From positions 62,001-126,000 of the forward strand of contig JAXLQJ010000008.1 of assembly GCA_046331705.1 (NCBI GenBank): DNA of 64,000 bases, read 5' to 3'. The stretch's first letter is position 1. Each line of letters starts with the position of its first letter. Position numbers and translations under genes: made by a program. Below the pieces are notes generated by a model, which saw nothing but the letters and a program-made list of their open reading frames with translations, had not been told where the DNA came from and did no database searches. Source of the DNA: a bacterium. Its GTDB lineage: Bacteria > JADJOY01. Of this stretch, positions 40,166-49,528 are shown piece after piece.

Positions 40166-40786
40166 ATGAGTCCCCGCCCGCATCGCTCGCAACGGCTGGT
40201 TTCCGCGCTCGGCGGGCTGGCGCTCGCGGTGTGCGCGGTCGCGGGGCTCGACTGGATCGGCGGCGGCCCGGGGCTCGGGATCGCCGCGCCCGCAGCGCCG
40301 AAGGTGGGCGATCCCGCGCCCGACTTCGAGGTCACCGATCTCGCGAACCGCAAGGTCAAGCTCGCCGAGCTTCGCGGCAGCCCGGTCTTCCTCAACTTCT
40401 GGGCGACCTGGTGCCCGCCGTGCGTCGAGGAGATGCCTTCGATCGCCGCCATCGCGCGCCAGTACGGAGACCAGGGATTGCGCGTCGTCGCCGTCAACGT
40501 CGATGCCGCGCCGGCCGCCACGATCCAGAAATGGCTCGACGGCAGGAAGCTCGCGCTCGAGGTATGGCTCGACCCCAACGGCGCGATCGCGCACCAGTTC
40601 GGCACCTTCAAGTACCCGGAGACGTTCATCATCGACCGCGCGGGCAAGATCCAGGCGAAGTACGTGGGATCGCACCCCTGGACGCAGCCACCGTTCGACG
40701 CGATGCTCGCGACACTGGTGGCGGGCGGCGGCGCGGCACCCACGACACCCGCGGCGGCGCCCTCGCGCCCGGCCGCTACTCCGTGA
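40166..40786 (+). CDS. TlpA/ResA-family disulfide reductase
   Basis: APDF, FLNFWATWCPPCVEEMP, YPETFIIDRAG. Confidence 0.92.
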   Translation: MSPRPHRSQRLVSALGGLALAVCAVAGLDWIGGGPGLGIAAPAAPKVGDPAPDFEVTDLANRKVKLAELRGSPVFLNFWATWCPPCVEEMPSIAAIARQYGDQGLRVVAVNVDAAPAATIQKWLDGRKLALEVWLDPNGAIAHQFGTFKYPETFIIDRAGKIQAKYVGSHPWTQPPFDAMLATLVAGGGAAPTTPAAAPSRPAATP

Positions 40787-40891
40787 CGCGCCGAGCTCGC
40801 GACAGCGTGTGACGCCGAGAGCCAGGTGACGCCGAGAACCAGGCATCGTTCGCGGCGACTCGATCGCAGAACCGTTCGCCGGAGGATCGAC

Positions 40892-41131
40892 ATGACTCGT
40901 ACCCGCATCGCTCGCTCGCGTCTCTTCGGTCTCGTCTTCGCCGCCGCGCTCGTGGCGCCGCTCGCGACCCCTGGCGCCGCGCGCGCCGAGTTCCACGAGT
41001 CGAACCGCGGCAATCCGTTCCACATCGCCGGCCACCTGCTGGCGCCGGTGGGCAACGCATTCGGGTTGCTGATCGTCGAGCCGTTCTTCTGGGTGGTCGA
41101 CAACGTGCCGCGCGTCTTCGAGCTGAACTGA
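40892..41131 (+). CDS. Small secreted hypothetical protein
   Basis: GGAGG RBS, signal peptide ending ARA, mature part EFHESNRGNPFHIAGHLLAPVG... Confidence 0.6.
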   Translation: MTRTRIARSRLFGLVFAAALVAPLATPGAARAEFHESNRGNPFHIAGHLLAPVGNAFGLLIVEPFFWVVDNVPRVFELN

Positions 41132-41279
41132 GCCCGAGCCACGCCGCACGGCCGCGCGTCGCAGCGAGCGGGCGGGCCCGTGCCCCGCGCCAGCGCGCCT
41201 GGTGCGCGCGTCGAGCACACCGCCGGCGTGACCTCGATTCACGCCGGATCCTGCCGCACCACCGAGTCGAGACCCGAGG

Positions 41280-42653
41280 ATGCGCCGTTTCGCGACCTGC
41301 CTGGCGATGCTGGGGCTGCTCGCGGCGCTCGCCCTCGGCGAGCTGAGCCGTCGCATCGCCGTCGCGGATCGCGCTGACGGCGGCCCGCATCATGGCCTGA
41401 ACCTCGAGATCCGCGACCTGGACGCGCCGGATCGGCCGATCCTCTTCCAGGGACCCGACGAGGTGCCCGACCTGGCGCGCGCCCAGGCGCTGGGCCTGCT
41501 CGACGGCAAGCGCCGCTTCGTCGCGCGCTGGACGGGCTGGCTGCGCATCGAACGCGCCGGAACGCTCCAGATCACCTCGCGTTCCGACGACGGCTCGCGC
41601 GTGGTGCTCGACGGTGGCCGGCTGGTGCGCAACGACGGCCCGCACGAGGCGCGCGCGCGCACGGGCCAGCAAACCGTGCTTCCCGGCTGGCACGCGATCG
41701 AGATCGAGTACGACCAGTCGGGCGGCGATGCAGCGCTGGAGATCCGCTGGGACCCGCCGGGAGCGCCGCCGGGGCGCCTCGGCCCCGAGCACCTGGTCGC
41801 GCGCCCGCCGGGCGCGCTGGACATCTGGATCCTCGATCACGTGACCGAGCCGCTGGGTGCGCACCGCGACGCGCTGGCAGCAGGCCGCGCCGTCGCCTGG
41901 GCGGTGACGCTGGCGGCGGCGTGGATCGCGCTGGCGAGCACACGCGCCCGCAGCGTGGCGCGGCAGGGCCTCGCGGCGATGGGGCACGCAACGCTCGGCA
42001 CGCCGGCGCGACGGAGGCTGGCGGCGCTCGCGCTGGCGTTCACGTGCGCGCTGATCGCGTGGAACGAGAGCGACGCGGCGCGCGGCGGCTTCGCGTCGGC
42101 GTACCGCACGGCGCCGGAGGTGGGTAGCGGACCCTGGCTGGATCTGCCGCTCGACCCCGACGCCTCGCGCGACGCGCGCCCGATCGCCGCCACGCTCGGC
42201 CTCGCTGCGCGCCTCGAGCAGCGCTGGCAGGGCTGGTTCTACGTCGACGAGCCCGGTTCCCATTGGTTCGAGGCGAGCGGCGATGCGCCCAACCTGGTGG
42301 CGATCGACGGTCGCTTGGTCGTCTCCCATCCCGGTACGGCCACGCAAGGTGCGCCCAGCCGCGGACGAGTGATCCTGGACCGCGGCGTGCACGCGATCAC
42401 GTTGCTCGCTGGCCTCGATGCCTACCAGACTCGGCCTGCCGGATTCCGCTGGGCCACGCCGGACGCTCCGTTCCGTCCGTTCCGGGCGATCGACGTCTTT
42501 CCCACGCGCCCTTCCGCCGTCGAGCTGACCTCCCAGTTGCGCGGCCGCGACGCGCGCCCCGCGGTCCAGCGGCTCGCGGTCGCGGCGCTGGCGATGACCC
42601 TCACAGCAAGCCTCGGCGCGGCGCGCGCGCGGGGCGCAGCGGCCCGCTCGTGA
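41280..42653 (+). CDS. Membrane protein with two PA14-like domains
   Basis: FVARWTGWL...SDDGSRV...NDGPH...GWHAIEIEY, and a second RWQGWFYV...RGVHAITL, separated by TM segments. Confidence 0.75.
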   Translation: MRRFATCLAMLGLLAALALGELSRRIAVADRADGGPHHGLNLEIRDLDAPDRPILFQGPDEVPDLARAQALGLLDGKRRFVARWTGWLRIERAGTLQITSRSDDGSRVVLDGGRLVRNDGPHEARARTGQQTVLPGWHAIEIEYDQSGGDAALEIRWDPPGAPPGRLGPEHLVARPPGALDIWILDHVTEPLGAHRDALAAGRAVAWAVTLAAAWIALASTRARSVARQGLAAMGHATLGTPARRRLAALALAFTCALIAWNESDAARGGFASAYRTAPEVGSGPWLDLPLDPDASRDARPIAATLGLAARLEQRWQGWFYVDEPGSHWFEASGDAPNLVAIDGRLVVSHPGTATQGAPSRGRVILDRGVHAITLLAGLDAYQTRPAGFRWATPDAPFRPFRAIDVFPTRPSAVELTSQLRGRDARPAVQRLAVAALAMTLTASLGAARARGAAARS

Positions 42654-44716
42654 CGGACACGTCGCCTTCCCCAGCGCCACGAGCGGCGGCGGCTCCGATT
42701 CGTGCCGCGGGATGGATGGCGCTCGCGGCGCTGGTGCTGCTGGGCGCGCTCCACCTCTACCCGCTCAGCCTCCACCCGACGCGGCTGCACCTCGGGCACG
42801 GCAGCGCCGACACCCAGGAGATGATGTGGCGGCTCGCGTGGGGGGTGCACGCGCTCGCGAACCCCGAGCGCAGCATCCAGGACGCGAACAACTTCTATCC
42901 CGACGAAGGCACGTACGCGACGATGGACTACGCGTACGGGCTGATCCCGCTCACGGCGGTGTTTCGTGTCTTCACCCGCGATCCGCTCGCGCTCTACAAC
43001 CTCACCGCGCTGGCGTCGATCGCGATCGCCGCGTGGGGCGCCTACGCCTTGAGCCGCGCGCTCACGGGGCGCGTCAGCGCGGGAGTCGCGGCGGCCGCCG
43101 TGTTCGCGTTCAACCCCTTGCATCTGGGGCGGATCGGGCAGCTCAACATCCTCGCCATCCATTGGCTGCCGTGGCTGGTGCTCGGGGCGTTGCGACTCTT
43201 CGAGCGCCCGACCCTCGCGCGCGCCGCGGTGCTCGCCGCCGTGCTCTGGCTCGCGATCACGAGCGGCGGGCATCAGGCGGTGTTCGCGGCCATGGTGCTC
43301 GGCTGGGCGGTCCTGGTGCTCGCGCTCTCGCGGCCAGCGACGCGACTGCGTGCCGTGCCGCTCTCACTGGCCGCGATCGCGATCGCCGGCGCGCTCTTCT
43401 ACCCACTCGCGAAGCCGTATCTCGCCGCCGCCACCGATCGCAATCGCACCCGCTCGATCAACGACGTGGTGCGACAGAGCCCGAACCCGAGCGATCTGCT
43501 GCACGCCGAGAGCCTCGCCCATCGCTGGTTGCGCGGGGCGCTCGCCGAGGACGACGAGACGAAGGAAGCGGAAGCGAAGACGGCGCTCTTTCCCGGCCTG
43601 GCGCCGTGTGTGGCCACCCTCGTGGGGCTCGTGGTCCTGGCGCGGCGACGGCGCGACCGCGAATGGCTGTGGCTCTTCGGCGGCCTCACGCTGGGTGGCT
43701 TCCTGCTCAGCCTCGGCATCCACCTGCCCGGCTACGCCTTCCTCTTCGAGCACGTGGGGCCGCTGCACATGATTCGCGCGCCGTCGCGATTCACGTTGGT
43801 GGCGCTGCTCGGGATGGGCGGGCTCGCGGGCTTCGCGGTCGCCGCTGCGGCCGACAGGGCCACGCTCCGACCGCGCCGGGCGGCGATCGTCGCCACGTCG
43901 GCGCTGGCGTTGCTGCAATGGGCCGAGACGTTCGATCCGGTGGGCGACGACACCTACCGCTACGATCCGCCCCCGCCGGTTTATCGGTGGCTGGCCGAGC
44001 AGCCGGGCTCGTTCGCCATCGTCGAGCTGCCGAGCGCGTGGCAGCTCAACGCCTTCTACCTGGTCTACTCGAGCTACCACTGGAAGGACCTGGTCAACGG
44101 ATTCAACGCGAGCTTCATGGATGCCTACCACCGGCATCTCTTGTTCGAGGTGCTGGACGACTTTCCGCGGCGCGACAGCCGGGATGCGTTGGCCGAGATC
44201 CTCGGCCTTCGCTACGTGATCCTGCACACGGCTCCGAGCGAGCCGAGCTTCCGCATGCGCGGCCATTACCACGCCCGCGAACGGGTCAAGCGCGCCCTCG
44301 ACGAGCACCTGGATTGGCTGCGCCCGGTGTGGAGCGAGGCCGGCAGCACCGTGGTGGAGCTGGTCGAGCCCGCGGACGGTTGGGTCGCGCGCAACCATCG
44401 CCGCGTGGGGCCGGGACGCATGCTGCGCGGTCGTGCGCTCGCGTTCGAGGCGCGCGTGATCGGCGGCGATGGCGCGCCGCTCGCCGGCGACGCCGGCCCG
44501 GCGCAGCTGGTCGTACGCCTGAATCGCGCCGAGATCGCTCGCGTTCCGCTCGGTGCGGCGTTCACGGTCCAGCGCGTCGATCTGCCGGCGGCGCGGGTGC
44601 GAAGCGGCATCAACGAGCTGCGCTGGGAACTGGCGGCGGCGCCGGATCAGCCGACCCCCCCGAGCCTGGACATCGCGCTACGCCACGTCACCCTCGACGA
44701 CGCGCCTTTACGCTGA
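42650..44716 (+). CDS. GT-C-fold multi-pass glycosyltransferase-like protein
   Basis: GTGA overlap. DANNFYP, YNL, AAAVFAFNP, LFPG, IRAPSRF, PPVYRWLA, HWKDLVNGF; many TM helices. Confidence 0.7.
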   Translation: MTDTSPSPAPRAAAAPIRAAGWMALAALVLLGALHLYPLSLHPTRLHLGHGSADTQEMMWRLAWGVHALANPERSIQDANNFYPDEGTYATMDYAYGLIPLTAVFRVFTRDPLALYNLTALASIAIAAWGAYALSRALTGRVSAGVAAAAVFAFNPLHLGRIGQLNILAIHWLPWLVLGALRLFERPTLARAAVLAAVLWLAITSGGHQAVFAAMVLGWAVLVLALSRPATRLRAVPLSLAAIAIAGALFYPLAKPYLAAATDRNRTRSINDVVRQSPNPSDLLHAESLAHRWLRGALAEDDETKEAEAKTALFPGLAPCVATLVGLVVLARRRRDREWLWLFGGLTLGGFLLSLGIHLPGYAFLFEHVGPLHMIRAPSRFTLVALLGMGGLAGFAVAAAADRATLRPRRAAIVATSALALLQWAETFDPVGDDTYRYDPPPPVYRWLAEQPGSFAIVELPSAWQLNAFYLVYSSYHWKDLVNGFNASFMDAYHRHLLFEVLDDFPRRDSRDALAEILGLRYVILHTAPSEPSFRMRGHYHARERVKRALDEHLDWLRPVWSEAGSTVVELVEPADGWVARNHRRVGPGRMLRGRALAFEARVIGGDGAPLAGDAGPAQLVVRLNRAEIARVPLGAAFTVQRVDLPAARVRSGINELRWELAAAPDQPTPPSLDIALRHVTLDDAPLR

Positions 44717-44775
44717 AAAGCGCTGGGCGTTAGCTTGCGTGCGAATCAGCCAACCATTCGACGGAGAACACAGCC

Positions 44776-44928
44776 ATGGCCTCGCCCACCCAGATCACGG
44801 AACGCCGCCGCAAGGTCAAGACGCGCCGGCAGAACTCCTCTCGCAAGGCGGCACTGCGGCGCAAGGGCTCGACCCCGCCCTTCCCCATCCACGTCCAGCC
44901 CGCGGACAAGCCCGCCGGCGGTCAGTGA
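44776..44928 (+). CDS. 50-aa highly basic small protein (not in the ORF track)
   Basis: GGAGAA RBS, then MASPTQITERRRKVKTRRQNSSRKAALRRKGSTPPFPIHVQPADKPAGGQ*; strong GC3 codon bias. Confidence 0.7.
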   Translation: MASPTQITERRRKVKTRRQNSSRKAALRRKGSTPPFPIHVQPADKPAGGQ

Positions 44929-44959
44929 CGTCGTTCCGCCTCCACGCGATCGCAGCTCC

Positions 44960-45808
44960 GTGAGCGCTGCCTCGATCGTCGTGGCCCCGGGCGTGCGCAT
45001 GGCGCACGTGCCCGGATTCGCGTTTGGCTTCCCGCAGGGCAACAACGTCTATCTGATCGGCGACCGGCACCCGGTGCTGGTGGATACGGGCATGCCGAGC
45101 GCCGAGGGCGAAGCCGTCCTGGGCGCGCTGTTTCGCGACGCGGGCATCGACGGGCCGCGGCGGCTGCTCGCCACCCATCTGCACCGCGACCACGTGGGAG
45201 CGTGGCCGTGGCTCCGCGAGCGCTGGGGCACCGAGCTCTGGGTGCACCCGCTCGAGTCGGGCAACGCATTCGCCAGCGTGGACGCGAGCGAGGCGGATGC
45301 GTCGCTCGCGGACGAGCAGGTCGTCGACTGCGACGGCGTCGAGGTGCGCGTGGTGTTCACTCCGGGACATAGCCCGGGGCACGTGGTCTTCCATCTGCCC
45401 GCGGCGCGGCTGCTGCTCACCGGCGATCTCATCGTGGGCAGCGGCACCTCGTGGGTCGGCCCACCGGGCGGCTCGTTGGTCGACTATCTCGCCTCGCTGC
45501 GTCGCGTGCGCGGGCTCGACGTCGCCCGCCTGCTGCCCGCCCACGGACCGATCGTCGACGACCCCATCGCGAAGGTCGACGAGTACCTCGCGCATCGCGC
45601 GATGCGCGAGCAACAGGTGCTCGGCTGCATCGAAGCCGGTCGCCACACCGTCCCCGCGATGGTGGCGGCGATCTACGCCGCCTACCCCGATGGAGTGCAC
45701 GGCATCGCTTCGCTCACGGTCCAGGGGCACCTCGAGAAGCTGGTGACCGAGGGCCGGGTGCGCGTGGACACGTCGGGCGTCGAAAACCGCTACGAGCTGG
45801 TCGCCTGA
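44960..45808 (+). CDS. MBL-fold metallo-hydrolase (LACTB2-like, C-terminal winged helix)
   Basis: THLHRDHVG, TPGHSPGH, TGDL, PAHGP. Start uncertain (GTG 44960 or ATG 44999). Confidence 0.88.
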   Translation: MSAASIVVAPGVRMAHVPGFAFGFPQGNNVYLIGDRHPVLVDTGMPSAEGEAVLGALFRDAGIDGPRRLLATHLHRDHVGAWPWLRERWGTELWVHPLESGNAFASVDASEADASLADEQVVDCDGVEVRVVFTPGHSPGHVVFHLPAARLLLTGDLIVGSGTSWVGPPGGSLVDYLASLRRVRGLDVARLLPAHGPIVDDPIAKVDEYLAHRAMREQQVLGCIEAGRHTVPAMVAAIYAAYPDGVHGIASLTVQGHLEKLVTEGRVRVDTSGVENRYELVA

Positions 45809-45836
45809 CACGAGCGCGCCGTGGCGCCCGGGTCGC

Positions 45837-45882
45837 TTGACGGCGAAGAATGCACGCATTAATATTTCAGCACTGAAACATT
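45837..45882 (+). promoter_or_regulatory. Sigma70 promoter overlapped by a palindromic operator (probable MarR autoregulation)
   Basis: TTGACG-N17-TAATAT. Inverted repeat AATATTTCAG-CA-CTGAAACATT (45861-45882, 9/10 arm match). Confidence 0.8.
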
Positions 45883-45902
45883 CTCGACGAGAGCTTCCAT
45901 CG

Positions 45903-46406
45903 ATGGCACCGACTCTCCGCGACACCCCCGCGCTCACGCTGCTGCGGGCGATCTACCGGGCCCAGCGCCGCGTGCGCGAGGTGGATGGGGCGGGCATCGC
46001 TCTCCACGGGCTGAGCGAGAGCGAGTTCGACGTCGTGATGACCCTCGGCAACACCCACGGCCTGCGCATGTGCGAGATCGCCGCGCGGACCCTGACCTCG
46101 CCCGCGAACGTCACGCGGGTCGTCAAGGAGCTCGAGAAGAAGGGACTCGTCACCCGGACTCGCGGGACGCTCTCCGATCGGGAGGTCGTGACCAGCCTCA
46201 CGTCGCGGGGCGAAGACCTCTTCGAGCGCGCGTACCCGGCGCAGCACGCGCACCTGACCCGAGCCTTCGACGCGATCTTGACTCGCGGCGAGCAAGCCGA
46301 GCTGGCGGCGCTGCTGGTACGCCTCGCGAGCATCAGCCCCCGGGGCGAAGAGCCACCCACCACGCGCCAATCGCGTGGACGCGGGACGCGCCTCCCGAGG
46401 AATTGA
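45903..46406 (+). CDS. MarR family transcriptional regulator
   Basis: GLSESEFDV...NVTRVVKELEKKGLV...DRE...LTSRG. Confidence 0.9.
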   Translation: MAPTLRDTPALTLLRAIYRAQRRVREVDGAGIALHGLSESEFDVVMTLGNTHGLRMCEIAARTLTSPANVTRVVKELEKKGLVTRTRGTLSDREVVTSLTSRGEDLFERAYPAQHAHLTRAFDAILTRGEQAELAALLVRLASISPRGEEPPTTRQSRGRGTRLPRN

Positions 46407-46475
46407 CCCCCGTCACGAGAATCCCCACCGAAACCCAACCACGACCGGGCCCCGAGCCCCATTGGAGGATGTTCC

Positions 46476-47096
46476 ATGCAGATCCACGGACACGTTCGAC
46501 GCTGGCGAAGCGCCGCGTTCGCCTTGCTCATGGTCGCGGGCACGACCGCTGTCGCGCGCGCCGAGACCTGGAGGGTCGATCCCTCGCACAGCAAGGTCAG
46601 CTTCAAGATCCGTCACCTCATGATCTCGAACGTCGAAGGGCGCTTCACGAAGTTCGACGCGAGCATCCAGGGCGACCCGGGCAAACCCGAGTCCGCGGTG
46701 GTGATGGCGACGATCGACGCGAGCAGCATCAACACCGACGACCCCAAGCGCGACGATCACCTGCGCAGCCCGGATTTCTTCGAGGTGGCCAAGTACCCGA
46801 CGATCACCTTCAAGTCGAAGGCGATCCGCAACTGGAAGGAGTCGAGCTTCGAGGTCGTCGGCGACCTCACGATGCACGGCGTGACCAAGGAGGTCGTGCT
46901 CGCGGTGACCGATCTCACGCCGGAGATCAAGGATCCCTGGGGGAACGCCAAGCGCGGCATGACCGCGACGGCCACGCTCGACCGAACCGACTACGGGATC
47001 GTCTGGAACAAGGCGCTCGAGGCTGGCGGCGTGACCGTGGGCAACGACGTCAAGATCACCATCGAGCTCGAGATCAAGAAGGACAAGGATTCGTGA
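46476..47096 (+). CDS. YceI family secreted lipid/isoprenoid-binding protein
   Basis: Signal peptide, WRVDPSHS, RDDHLRSPDFF, GDLTMHGVTK, DPWG. Confidence 0.93.
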   Translation: MQIHGHVRRWRSAAFALLMVAGTTAVARAETWRVDPSHSKVSFKIRHLMISNVEGRFTKFDASIQGDPGKPESAVVMATIDASSINTDDPKRDDHLRSPDFFEVAKYPTITFKSKAIRNWKESSFEVVGDLTMHGVTKEVVLAVTDLTPEIKDPWGNAKRGMTATATLDRTDYGIVWNKALEAGGVTVGNDVKITIELEIKKDKDS

Positions 47097-47241
47097 TCCG
47101 CGCGCGCCGCGCAGGACACACGCTTGCGCGTGTTCCGGCGCGGCGCGTTGACCGCCCGCAAGCACCCACGGCATGCTTTCCGGGCTCGCGTCGGTGCGCG
47201 CCGAACCGGCGCGCGAGAGCGCGCGAGCCCGGAGACCCTCG

Positions 47242-47682
47242 ATGCCTGCCGTGGAGAAATCGATCGACGTGAAGTGCGACCCCAAGCATTTCTACGAGGT
47301 CATCACCGATTTCGAGCGCTACCACGAGTTCGTCCCCAGCCTGAAGAAGGCCACGGTGCTCGAGAAGAAGGGCGAGGTCTACCGCGTCGAACAGCGCGTC
47401 GAGCTCATGAAGAAGAGCATCGCCTTCGTGCTGCGGCTCGAAGGCAAGCCCGGCAAGAGCCTGACCTGGTCGCTCGAGAAGGGCGACATCCTCAAGGCCA
47501 ACGACGGCGCCTGGCTGATCGAGAAGAAGGGCAAGGACCAGATCACCGCCTCCTACAAGCTCGACTTGGAGGTCGGCATGCTGGTGCCGAAGGCCCTCGT
47601 GAACACGCTGGCGAGCGCGGACCTGCCGCGGATGCTCGAGGCCTTCAAGGCGCGCGCCGAATCGTCGTGGGGCAAGCGCTGA
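47242..47682 (+). CDS. SRPBCC/START-fold (Coq10/RatA-like) protein
   Basis: FYEVITDFERYHEFVP, LTWSL..GD..KANDGAW, LPRMLEAFKARAE. Confidence 0.85.
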   Translation: MPAVEKSIDVKCDPKHFYEVITDFERYHEFVPSLKKATVLEKKGEVYRVEQRVELMKKSIAFVLRLEGKPGKSLTWSLEKGDILKANDGAWLIEKKGKDQITASYKLDLEVGMLVPKALVNTLASADLPRMLEAFKARAESSWGKR

Positions 47683-47771
47683 GCGGCGTCGCGGGGCACG
47701 CCGCTCCGTCGCGGGCCGCGTGTCATACTGAGCGCCGAGCTGTCAGCGATTCGCCGCCTCGAGGAGCCGCC

Positions 47772-48149
47772 ATGAGCAAGCACGCACGTCGGACCAGCGC
47801 CTGGTCACTCGCCCTCGCACTCGTGGCCGCGCCCGCCGGCGCGACCACCGCCACCCGAGCAACGATCCAGCCTGCGACCGCCGCCGCGGCGGTGCTTCCC
47901 GCGACGGAGACCACCTCCGCCGCTCCACTGCTGCTCGCTGCCGGCGAAGCAAGTGGCTCGGGCAGTCTGGCCGACTTCGAGAAGGCCCAGGACACCTCGG
48001 GCTACAACAGCGAGTACATCTTCGCGCTGACCCGCGGTCTCGCCGATTCCTCGATCCATCCTGCGGGCAAAGTGCCGCTCTTCATCTTCACCTTGCCGCT
48101 CGACGTGGTGTTCCTGCCCTTCGCGGCGATCGCCGGGCTGTTCGGCTGA
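47772..48149 (+). CDS. Small secreted hypothetical protein
   Basis: GAGGAG RBS, signal peptide, C-terminal YNSEYIFALTRG...LPLDVVFLPFAAIAGLFG. Confidence 0.65.
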   Translation: MSKHARRTSAWSLALALVAAPAGATTATRATIQPATAAAAVLPATETTSAAPLLLAAGEASGSGSLADFEKAQDTSGYNSEYIFALTRGLADSSIHPAGKVPLFIFTLPLDVVFLPFAAIAGLFG

Positions 48150-48156
48150 GCTGCTG

Positions 48157-48260
48157 CGGGGCCCCCCCCCGTCGCTCGTCCCCCGCTCGCGCCCCTTCGG
48201 GTGCGCCCCTGCGTTCGCACCTGCGCGAACGCAAGGGCACACCGTCGCCCCGACGCAGGG
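48157..48260. repeat. Hairpin-rich REP-like region upstream of the RAYT
   Basis: GCGCCCC-TTCG-GGTGCGC and CCCTGCGTTCGC-N6-GCGAACGCAAGG hairpins; G/C-run motif shared with 55300-55340. Confidence 0.5.
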
Positions 48261-48321
48261 TGAAAAATCGAAGCAGTCTCCGCGCACGTAGCCTGGCATG
48301 GTGCGTGCCCTGCGCTCGTTC

Positions 48322-49251
48322 ATGGCGCGACCGCTTCGCTGGCTTCGGCCCAAGACCGTTTGGTTCTGCACGAGCCGCGCGTTTCAGCGGCGCTTCCTGC
48401 TCCGCGCGGACCCCGACGCGAACGCGGTCTTCCTGCTCGCGCTCGCCCGGGCGCTGCGGCGCTATACGGGAGTGAGGCTCCAGGCGGCGGTGACGGTCTC
48501 GAATCACTTCCACGCGCTCGTCGTGGACGAGAAGAGCGAGCTCTCGGACTTCATGCGGGACTTCCTCACGGCCACCGCCAAAGGGATCAACCAGGTCCGG
48601 GATCGTGAGGGGCATGTCTTCGATCGGCGGTTCTCGGCCGAGCCCGTCCTCGACACCGCCGCCGCCATCGGCCGGCTCGTCTACACGGTCCTCAATCCGA
48701 CCGCCGCGGGACTCGTCTCTCGATTCGAGGACTGGCCAGGCGTGATGCTCTTCGCGAAGGACGGCGCGCCGGCGGAGCACCGCGTGCGTTGGTTCAACGA
48801 GAAGCGCTACCAGGACGCGGTTCGCGAAGCCGGGGGCGCCAGAGCCTCGATCGATCCGGCGAGGTTCTGGGAGGAGGAGACGCTCACCGTCCATCCGCTC
48901 GACGGTCTCGCCGAGGCGAATGTGACGCCGGCGCAGATCCTCGAGCGCATCCGCGCTGCCGAGGCGCATTGTGCGGATGAGCGCAATGGCCGGCCGGTGC
49001 TCGGCGCCGCCACGGTGACGCGGCAGGATCCGCGGTCGCGGCCGAAGGCATCGAATCGATCACCGCGGCCGCTCTGCCACGCGAGCAGCGACGCGCAGCG
49101 CAAGACGTATCGCGAGCTCTTCCGCGAGTTCTGCGCGCGGTTCTGGGCCGCCGCATTCGCGCTTCGGCACGGAGACGGCCGGCAGCCCTTCCCCGAGTAC
49201 TCGTTCCCACCGTGGAAACCGCTGGTGCGACCCGCGCTCTCCACCGCGTAG
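48322..49251 (+). mobile_element. REP-associated tyrosine transposase (RAYT, Y1 HUH)
   Basis: MARPLR...TSRAFQRRFLL, HUH motif SNHFHAL, catalytic Tyr in RLVYTVLNPTAAGLV, then WPG. Confidence 0.87.
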
Positions 49252-49483
49252 CGCTCGAACTTCGCCTTCACACTCCACCCCAACGACGGCAGAGCTCCGT
49301 CCGCGATCGGCGGATCGGAGCGCTTCCTGCGTCTGCGGGCTCGAGAGCGACGCCGCCGAACGCGTCGCCAAGCGGGAATCGGCGCGCTCGCTACCGCGAC
49401 GCCGGAAACACGACACGCCGAGAGCGCGTGTTCGCCTCAACACCCCTCGACAGCGCCTCATCGCTGCCTGGCACCTGCGCAAG

Positions 49484-49528
49484 GATGAGTGACACCTACC
49501 TTAGCAAAGATGAGTGACACCTACCTTA
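49484..49528. repeat. Two exact 20-bp direct repeats GATGAGTGACACCTACCTTA (25-bp period)
   Basis: Copies at 49484-49503 and 49509-49528; the second includes the lpoB stop codon. Confidence 0.9.

Noticed and set aside
49484-49528. CRISPR array
   Set aside because: Only two 20-bp repeats with a 5-bp gap and no cas genes.
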